DNA from: Vicinamibacteria bacterium
Lineage (GTDB): Bacteria > Acidobacteriota > Vicinamibacteria > Fen-336
Length of the DNA stretch: 64,000 nt
Direction of reading: 5' to 3'
NCBI GenBank assembly: GCA_025994075.1
Contig: JAMQGV010000048.1
Location: forward strand, 1-64,000
The position numbers were made by a program, and so were the translations under genes. Position 1 is the first letter of the stretch, and the number at the start of each line of letters is the position of its first letter. A model generated the notes under the pieces. That model was given only the letters and a program-made list of their open reading frames with translations, searched no databases and had not been told where the DNA came from. Shown here piece after piece: positions 55,051 through 64,000 of the stretch.

Positions 55051-57464
55051 GCCGAGAGTGCCCCTCCGTTCGCCCCCTGCCAGTACCAGAGCTGCCCGTC
55101 GTGGACGGAGACGCGGATCGGCACCCCCGACAGGATCTGCCCGCGGATGAAGGCCTCCGAGAGCGGGTCCTCGATCAACCGCTGGATCGCGCGGCGCAGC
55201 GGGCGGGCGCCGTAGCTGCGGTCGCCCAGGGTGCGCTCGAGGATGAAGCGGACGCCGGGATCGTCGATGCCGATCGCCAGCGCCTTCGCCTTCAGGTTCT
55301 CGTTGAGCTGCTCGACAAGCATGCGGGTGATCGCCTCCAGGTCGCCTTCCCCCAGCGCCTGGAAGACCACGATCTCGTCGATTCGATTGATGAACTCGGG
55401 GTTGAAGGTGCGCTTGACCTCGCCGCGCACCAGTTCGTCGATGCGCTCGTGCGTGTCGTGGGCCTCGCCCGAGCTGAAGCCCATCCGCCCCCGCTTCTCG
55501 ATGAAGCGGGCGCCGATGTTCGACGTCATGATCAGGATCGAGCTCTTGAAGTCGATCGCGTTGCCGAGCCCGTCGGACAGCCGGCCGTCCTCGAACACCT
55601 GCAGCAGGATGTTGAAGACGTCGGGGTGCGCCTTCTCGATCTCGTCGAGCAGCACCACGCAGTAGGGGTTGCGCTTGACGCGCTCGGTGAGCTGGCCGCC
55701 CTCCTCGTGGCCGACGTAGCCGGGAGGCGAGCCGATCAGCTTCGACACCGAGTGCTTCTCCATGTACTCGGACATGTCGAAGCGCACCAGCGCGCGCTCG
55801 GAGCCGAACAGGAACGAGGCCAGCGAGCGCGCGACCTCGGTCTTGCCGACGCCGGTCGGGCCCAGGAACAGGAACGAGCCGACCGGGCGGTTGGGGTTCT
55901 TGAGGCCGGCCCGGGTGCGGCGGATCGCCCGCGCCACGGCGGAAATGGCCGCGTCCTGCGAGATCACCCGCCGGTGCAGCTCCTCCTCCATCCGCAGCAG
56001 CTTGGCCGACTCCTCCTCCTTGACCGCGGTGATCGGGATGCCCGTCCACTTGGAGACGACCTCGTCCACGTCGGCCTTGACGACCGGCCGCGGCGCGGCG
56101 CCGCCCAGCTCCCAGTGCTCGCGGAAGATCTGCACGTTCTCGCGCTGTGCGCTCTCCTCGTCGCGAAACACCGAGAGGCCGCGCGGGTCGGGCTCGGCGC
56201 CGCGGTCGACGACCAGCCGCACCTTGCGCGTGAACTCCGGCTCCTCCTGCGGCACCTCGACCTCGCGCAGCTTGACCCGGCTGCCGGCCTCGTCGAGCAG
56301 GTCGATCGCCTTGTCCGGCAGGAAGCGGTCCGGGATGTAGCGGCTCGACTGGTAGACCGCCGCCTCCAGCGCCTCCTCCGTGTAGAGCACGTGGTGGAAC
56401 TTCTCGTAGCGGTCCTTGATCCCGCGCAGGATCTGGATCGTCTCCTCTTCGGTCGGCGAGGCGACCTTGACCGCCTGGAAGCGCCGTTCCAGCGAGCGGT
56501 CCTTCTCGATGTGCTTGCGGTACTCGGTCGGCGTCGTCGCGCCGATGCACTGGATCTCGCCGCGCGACAGCGCCGGCTTCAGGATGTTGGCGGCGTCGAG
56601 CGAGCCCTCGGCCGAGCCGGCCCCGACCAGCGTGTGCAGCTCGTCGATGAAGATGACGATGTTCCTGTTCTCGGTCAGCTCGCGCATGATCGTCTTGAGC
56701 CGCTCCTCGAACTGGCCGCGGTACTTGGTGCCGGCGACGATCAGCGAGATGTCGAGGGCGAAGATGCGCTTTTCGGCCAGGTAGGCCGGCACGTCGCCCT
56801 GCACGATGCGGTTCGCGAGGCCCTCCACCAGCGCGGTCTTGCCGACGCCGGGCTCGCCGATCAGCACCGGGTTGTTGCGGGTGCGGCGGCACAGCACCTG
56901 GATCACCCGCACCAGTTCCTCGTCGCGGCCGACCAGCGGGTCGAGCACGCCGCGCGAGGCCGCCTCGGTCAGGTCGCGCGAGAACTCGGAGAGCAGCGGC
57001 GTCTCCTTGGACTTGCCGGCGCTCGACTTCTCGTTGAGCAGGCCGACGATGTCGTCGCGCACCGCAGCCAGCCGCATGCCCTTCTCGCTCAGGATCGCGG
57101 CGGCGACGCTGTGCTCCTCGCGCATCAGGCCCAGCAGCACGTGCTCGGTCCCGATGTAGTTGTGGAGCATCCGCTCCGCCTCCTCCGAGGCGAAGGAGAG
57201 GACCCGCTTCGACTCAAGCGAGAGCGGGATGTCGACCGAGGTCGAGACCTTGTCGCGGTGCACCGCGCGGCCCTCGATCTCCTTGCGGATCGCCTCCATC
57301 GAGAGGTGGCTCTTGGCGAAGATGCGGGAGGTCAGGCCCTTGCCCTCGCGGATCAGGCCCAGCAGCAGGTGCTCGGTCTCGATGGAAGGGCTGCCGAGCT
57401 GGCTCGCTTCGTAGCGGGCGAAGAAGATGACCCGCCGGGCGCGCTCGGTGTATCGCTCGAACAT
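55047..57464 (-). CDS. clpC: ATP-dependent Clp protease ATP-binding subunit ClpC/ClpA-like (two AAA+ modules)
   Basis: There is a Clp_N repeat and two Walker A sites ([16 protein letters not shown]). The product is 805 aa. Confidence 0.9.
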   Translation of the reverse strand: MFERYTERARRVIFFARYEASQLGSPSIETEHLLLGLIREGKGLTSRIFAKSHLSMEAIRKEIEGRAVHRDKVSTSVDIPLSLESKRVLSFASEEAERMLHNYIGTEHVLLGLMREEHSVAAAILSEKGMRLAAVRDDIVGLLNEKSSAGKSKETPLLSEFSRDLTEAASRGVLDPLVGRDEELVRVIQVLCRRTRNNPVLIGEPGVGKTALVEGLANRIVQGDVPAYLAEKRIFALDISLIVAGTKYRGQFEERLKTIMRELTENRNIVIFIDELHTLVGAGSAEGSLDAANILKPALSRGEIQCIGATTPTEYRKHIEKDRSLERRFQAVKVASPTEEETIQILRGIKDRYEKFHHVLYTEEALEAAVYQSSRYIPDRFLPDKAIDLLDEAGSRVKLREVEVPQEEPEFTRKVRLVVDRGAEPDPRGLSVFRDEESAQRENVQIFREHWELGGAAPRPVVKADVDEVVSKWTGIPITAVKEEESAKLLRMEEELHRRVISQDAAISAVARAIRRTRAGLKNPNRPVGSFLFLGPTGVGKTEVARSLASFLFGSERALVRFDMSEYMEKHSVSKLIGSPPGYVGHEEGGQLTERVKRNPYCVVLLDEIEKAHPDVFNILLQVFEDGRLSDGLGNAIDFKSSILIMTSNIGARFIEKRGRMGFSSGEAHDTHERIDELVRGEVKRTFNPEFINRIDEIVVFQALGEGDLEAITRMLVEQLNENLKAKALAIGIDDPGVRFILERTLGDRSYGARPLRRAIQRLIEDPLSEAFIRGQILSGVPIRVSVHDGQLWYWQGANGGALSA

Positions 57465-57479
57465 AGGGGCTCGGGAATT

Positions 57480-58159
<680 letters not shown>

Positions 58160-58163
<4 letters not shown>

Positions 58164-59391
58164 TCGTAGCGAAGCGCCGTGGCGGGGTCGAGCGACGACG
58201 CCCCGCGGGCCGGGTGGAGGGTGGCCAGGAAGCAGATCACGAGCGCGCCCGCGATCACGAGCGTCGCGTCGGCGGGCAGCAGCCGGAACGGCACGTGGGA
58301 GATCTGGTACACGTCCTGCGGCACCTGCAGCAGCTTGTACGTGTCGAGCACCCAGCAGGCGCCGATGCCGAGGGCGGCGCCGACCGCAGTCCCGACCGCG
58401 CCGATCACTGTGCCCTGCAGCATGAACACCCGCGACACCATGGCGCGGGTGCAGCCCATCGCCATCAGGATGCCGATGTCCTTGTGCTTCTCCATCACCA
58501 TCAGCACAAGGGTGGCGACGATGTTGAGGGCGGCCACCGCGACGATCAGCCCGATGGTGATGCCGATCGCCGTCTTCTCCAGCCACAGCGCCGAGAACAG
58601 GCTCTCGTTCATCCGGATCCAGTCGTTGGCGACGTAGTCCTCGCCCACCGCCGCCAGCAGTGCCGGAGCGATCTCGCGCACCGCGTACATGTCGTCGACC
58701 TTGACCTGCACGAGCCCGGCCTGGTCGCCCACGTCGAACAGCCGCTGCGCGGTGGCGAGGGGCACGTAGGCCCACGCCGAGTCGAACTCGAACAGGCCGC
58801 TGCGGACCGTGCCCGCCACCCGCAGCTTCGCGGTGCGCGGCAGCACGCCCATCGGCGACAGCCGGCCGTTCGGCGAAGTCAGCGTCAGCACGTCGCCGAT
58901 CCCGACGCCGAGGCTGTTGGCGAGGTCGCGGCCGAGCAGGATCGGGTCGGGCTGGCCCTCGACCTGGCGCAGGTCGGCGAGGCTGCCGTCCTGCACCTGC
59001 CGCGCGAGCTCGGTGACCTGGGCCTCCTCAGCCGGGATCACGCCCTTGATCGTCGCCACGCCGGAGCCGGTGCGGCTCGAGAGCAGGGCCTTCGCGTACA
59101 GGGCCGGTGCGGCGCCCTGCACCCGCGGCAGCTCGCGCAGCCGGTCGGCGACCAGGCGGTACTCTTCGAAGGCGTCCTGGCCCGACCGGAAGATGCTGAC
59201 GTGGGCGGTCGCGCCCAGGATCCGCGAGCGGATCTCGGTCTGGAGGCCGGTCATCAGGCCCAGCGCGATCAGCAGCGCCATCACGCCGACGGCGACGCCC
59301 AGCACGCTGATGCCCGAGATCAGCGACACGAACGCCTGGCGCCGGCCGGCGCTCAGGTAGCGCAGCGCGACGCGCAGCTCGAAGGGCAGGT

Positions 59392-59395
<4 letters not shown>
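58160..59395 (-). CDS. lipoprotein-releasing system permease LolC/LolE (FtsX/MacB-like)
   Basis: The GTG start overlaps the lysS stop. The product has four TM segments around a periplasmic domain. Confidence 0.85.
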
Positions 59396-60968
<1,573 letters not shown>

Positions 60969-60972
<4 letters not shown>

Positions 60973-61424
60973 GGCTTCTCCCGCTTGCGCCGCGGGCGCT
61001 GCCCCTCGGCGGCCGGCTCCTGGCGCACCTCGTGGTAGACCGCGTCGAGCACGCCGTTGACGAAAGCCGGCGAGTCCGCTTCGCCGAAGCGCTTCGCCAC
61101 CTCGACCATCTCGTCGATCACGGTCTTGCCCGGCGTCTCCGGCACGTGCATCAGCTCGTGCACGCCGAGCCGCAGCACGGTGAGGTCGACCGCGGCCAGC
61201 CGCTCGAAGCGCCAGTTCTGCAAGTGGCGGTCGATCACCGCGTCGATCTCGGCCAGCTTCTCCTGCGCACCGCGGGCGAGGCCCTCGGCGAGCGCGCGGG
61301 TGCGGTCGGTGCTGGTCCGCAGCTTCCAGAAGTGGCCCATCACGCGCGGCATCGGCTCCCGCGACTGGTCCCACTGGTAGAGCATCTGGAAGGCGCACTC
61401 GCGCGCCTTGCTGCGGAAGCCCAA
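60969..61424 (-). CDS. nusB: transcription antitermination factor NusB (start uncertain; TTG proposed)
   Basis: NusB N- and C-terminal features are present (KARECAFQMLYQWD...AFVNGVLD). It overlaps lysS by 4 nt. Confidence 0.7.
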
Positions 61425-61426
61425 GT

Positions 61427-61936
61427 TCAGCGCCTCCGGCGCGGCCGGAGCGAGGCGAGCAGCCGCGCCTGCGCGACCGCCGCGCGTGCGGCCTCGGCGC
61501 CCTTGTTGTTCGGCCCCGGGACCGAGCGCTCGACGGCCTGCTCGACCTTGCGCACGGTCAGGACGCCGAAGGCCACCGGCACCAGGGTGTCGAGGCCGGC
61601 GCGCATCAGGCCCGACGCGGCCTCGCGGGCGACGTGCTCGTAGTGGTCGGTGCCGCCCTGGATCACCGCGCCGAGCGCGACGATCGCGTCGAAGCGCCCG
61701 CTGCGGGCGGCGGCCAGGGCGGCCTGCGGCAGCTCGAACGCGCCGGGCACGTCGATCACCTCGACGTCCTGCGCGCTCGCGCCCAGCTCCTTCAGCTCGG
61801 CGCACGCGCCCCAGGTCAGGCCGTCGACCACCTGCGCGTTGAAGCGGGCGCGCAGGATCGCGACGCGCAGCCCGCGGGCGGACTCCCGCTGCTCGCTCCT
61901 CTGCTTCGTCGCCGTCTTCCTCGCGCGCCCGGCCAC
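61427..61936 (-). CDS. ribH: 6,7-dimethyl-8-ribityllumazine synthase
   Basis: The GTG start is preceded by AGGAGG. The product begins RVAILRARFN...GAVIQGGTDHYE. Confidence 0.75.
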   Translation of the reverse strand: MAGRARKTATKQRSEQRESARGLRVAILRARFNAQVVDGLTWGACAELKELGASAQDVEVIDVPGAFELPQAALAAARSGRFDAIVALGAVIQGGTDHYEHVAREAASGLMRAGLDTLVPVAFGVLTVRKVEQAVERSVPGPNNKGAEAARAAVAQARLLASLRPRRRR

Positions 61937-61946
61937 CAGCAGCCTC

Positions 61947-62738
61947 CTACTTCCCCGAGAACGCGGCCTTGCGCTTCTCGAGGAAGGCCTGGGTCCCCTC
62001 GCGCTTGTCGTCGGTCGCGCACAGCACGCCGAACAGCGTCGCCTCGTGGTCCTGGCCATCGGCGAGCGTCATGCCGAGCCCGGCGTTCACCGCGTCGAGC
62101 GTGTAGCGCAGCGCGACCGGGCCGTTGCCCAGCATCTTGCGCAGCAGGGTCTCGCTCTCCTCGAGCAGCTTGTCCTGCGGGACGACCTTGTTGACGAGCC
62201 CGATCCGGTACGCCTCGGCGGCGTCCACGGGGTCGCCGGTGAGCAGGATCTCGAGCGCGCGCCCGCGGCCGACCAGGCGCGGCAGGCGCTGGGTGCCGCC
62301 GTAGCCGCAGATCAGGCCCAGCTTCACCTCGGGGGTGCCGATCTTCGCGTTCTCGGACGCGACGCGGACGTGGCACGCGAGCGCCAGCTCGCAGCCGCCG
62401 CCCAGCGCGAAGCCGTTGACCGCGGCGATCACCGGCTTGCCGAGGTTCTCGATGCGGTCGAAGATCCCCTGCCCCTTGCGCGCGATGTCACGGCCCTGGA
62501 GCGCCGTCTGCGTGGCCAACTCGCCGATGTCGGCGCCGGCGACGAAGGCCTTGGCCCCCGCGCCGGTGACGATCACGCCGCGCACCCCGGCGTCCTCGCG
62601 GAAGGCCGCGAACGCCGCGTCCAGCTCCCGCATCACGACCGACGACAGCGCGTTGAGCTTGTCGGGGCGGTTGACCGTCAGCACGGCCACCCCGCCGTCC
62701 TTGACCTCGACCTTCAGCGTCTCGAACTCGTAGGCCAT
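61947..62738 (-). CDS. enoyl-CoA hydratase/isomerase (crotonase) family protein
   Basis: The crotonase fold is present (LTVNRPDKLNAL, GGGCELALACHVRV). Confidence 0.85.
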   Translation of the reverse strand: MAYEFETLKVEVKDGGVAVLTVNRPDKLNALSSVVMRELDAAFAAFREDAGVRGVIVTGAGAKAFVAGADIGELATQTALQGRDIARKGQGIFDRIENLGKPVIAAVNGFALGGGCELALACHVRVASENAKIGTPEVKLGLICGYGGTQRLPRLVGRGRALEILLTGDPVDAAEAYRIGLVNKVVPQDKLLEESETLLRKMLGNGPVALRYTLDAVNAGLGMTLADGQDHEATLFGVLCATDDKREGTQAFLEKRKAAFSGK

Positions 62739-62747
62739 GGCGATCTC

Positions 62748-63632
62748 CTAGACGAGGCCCGCGACGGGCTTCGGCGGTTCCTGGCTGTAGTCGTAGAAGC
62801 CCCTGCCGGTCTTGCGGCCGTGCAGACCGGCCTGGACCATGCGCTTGAGCAGCGGCGGCGCCGCGAAGCGCTTCTCGTGGAACTCCTCGAACATGATGCC
62901 GGCGATGAAGTAGGTGGTGTCGAGGCCGACGAAGTCGAGCAGCGTGAACGGCCCCATCGGGTAGCCGCAGCCGAGCTGCATGCCCTTGTCGATGTCCTCG
63001 ACCGAGCCGACGCCCTCCTCGAGCGCGCGGATCGCGTCGAGCAGGTACGGCACCAGCAGCCGGTTGACGATGAACCCGCCCTTGTCCGTGGCCTTGATCG
63101 GCGACTTGCCGAGCGAGGTGGCGAAGGCGTATGCCTTGTCGAACGCCTCGGGCGAGGTCAGCGGCGAGCGCACCACCTCGACCAGCTTCATCAGCGGCAC
63201 GGGGTTGAAGAAGTGCAGGCCGACGAAGCGGTCCGGGCGCTTCGTCGCGGCCGCCAGCTCGGTGATCGACAGCGACGAGGTGTTCGACGCGAAGATCGTG
63301 TGGGCCGGGCAGATCGCGTCCAGCGTGCGGTAGGCCTCGCGCTTGAGCTCCAGGTTCTCGATCACCGCCTCGATCACGAGGTCGCAGTCCTTCAGGTCCT
63401 CGAGCTTCGAGGTGCCCGACAGCCGGCCCATCACCTCCTGCATCCGCTCCGGGGTGACCTTGCCGCGCTCGACGCCCTTCTGCAGGAACTTCTCGATCTT
63501 GCCGAGGCCCTTCTTCGCGACCTCGTCCGAGACCTCGCGCACGACGACCGTGTAGCCCGCCTCGGCGCAGACCTGGGCGATGCCCGAGCCCATCAGGCCG
63601 CAGCCGAGGACGCCGACCTTCTTGATCTCCAT
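62748..63632 (-). CDS. 3-hydroxyacyl-CoA (3-hydroxybutyryl-CoA) dehydrogenase
   Basis: The NAD motif VGVLGCGLMGSGIAQ is present. Confidence 0.9.
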   Translation of the reverse strand: MEIKKVGVLGCGLMGSGIAQVCAEAGYTVVVREVSDEVAKKGLGKIEKFLQKGVERGKVTPERMQEVMGRLSGTSKLEDLKDCDLVIEAVIENLELKREAYRTLDAICPAHTIFASNTSSLSITELAAATKRPDRFVGLHFFNPVPLMKLVEVVRSPLTSPEAFDKAYAFATSLGKSPIKATDKGGFIVNRLLVPYLLDAIRALEEGVGSVEDIDKGMQLGCGYPMGPFTLLDFVGLDTTYFIAGIMFEEFHEKRFAAPPLLKRMVQAGLHGRKTGRGFYDYSQEPPKPVAGLV

Positions 63633-63654
63633 CTGTCTTCTCCGGAGAGCGCCG

Positions 63655-64000
63655 CTACGATTCGCGGCGGATGATCATGGCGATGCCCTGCCCGCCGCCG
63701 ATGCAGGCGGTGGCGAGGCCGTAGGTGCCCTGTCGCCGGCGCAGCTCCAGCGCGACGGTCAGCAGCAGCCGGGTGCCCGAGGCGCCCAGCGGGTGGCCGA
63801 GCGCGATCGCGCCGCCGTTGACGTTGGTGCGCTCGCGGTCGAGGCCCAGCTCCTTCTCGACCGCCAGATACTGGCCCGCGAACGCCTCGTTGACCTCGAC
63901 GAGGTCGATCTGCGAGAGCTCCAGCCCGGCCGCGGCCAGCGCCTTGCGCGACGCCGGCACCGGGCCGATGCCCATCACCTCGGGCGGCACGCCGGCGATG
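63655..64000 (-). CDS. acetyl-CoA C-acetyltransferase (thiolase), C-terminal part (N-terminus lies beyond the window end)
   Basis: Thiolase C-terminal motifs are present ([25 protein letters not shown]). Confidence 0.85.
   Translation of the reverse strand, partial: IAGVPPEVMGIGPVPASRKALAAAGLELSQIDLVEVNEAFAGQYLAVEKELGLDRERTNVNGGAIALGHPLGASGTRLLLTVALELRRRQGTYGLATACIGGGQGIAMIIRRES

Overview
This 64 kb window is about 72% GC and looks like chromosomal DNA from a Gram-negative (diderm) bacterium, likely a high-GC lineage such as Myxococcota, Gemmatimonadota or Acidobacteriota. It is densely coded, with many 4-nt ATGA/GTGA overlaps between genes. Many long alternative-frame ORFs in the six-frame track are GC-driven artefacts that shadow real genes. 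The right-hand ~49 kb (15–64 kb) is conserved housekeeping. It carries: thrC-thrB; a GH57 glucanotransferase; a single-ORF LptF/LptG permease; a secreted PHP-domain hydrolase; metK; xerD; an outer-membrane beta-barrel protein; murJ; rpsT; holA-lptE-leuS; a histone-deacetylase-like amidohydrolase; ETF-QO with etfA and etfB; the fabF-acpP-fabG-fabD-plsX-rpmF-yceD fatty-acid cluster; miaA; a DUF4388 protein; a SpoIID/LytB-TonB pair; an envelope cluster (Gfo/Idh/MocA oxidoreductase, lpxI, a fabZ-lpxA fusion, skp, bamA, clpC); lolD and lolE; lysS; nusB-ribH; and a beta-oxidation trio (crotonase, 3-hydroxyacyl-CoA dehydrogenase, thiolase cut by the window end). The left-hand ~14.7 kb looks accessory. 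It starts with the 3' end of an SMC/RecF-like ABC ATPase (cut by the window edge). This is translationally coupled (ATGA) to a small protein with a HEPN-like Rx4H motif, followed by a small ORF with a strong ribosome-binding site (RBS) and a basic tail. This three-gene arrangement is the best candidate here for an undescribed conflict or defence module. Next come a DinB-family protein and a SAM methyltransferase, an orphan lipoprotein flanked by two copies of a CCCCTGAC-N6-TGTCAG palindrome, and an HTH-WYL-WCX regulator. After these lies a PadR-controlled operon (RDD protein, ABC ATPase, and an ABC-2 permease fused to an M1 aminopeptidase domain), which faces a convergent SPFH - M55 D-aminopeptidase - M28 peptidase operon. 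This block ends in an ~830 bp non-coding region. That region holds a perfect hairpin, two tandem copies of a structured ~86 bp repeat (a third, inverted copy sits at 22.6 kb), a tRNA-like element with an acceptor stem that does not pair, and a rho-independent terminator. All domain assignments come from reading the translations by eye; no database search was run.
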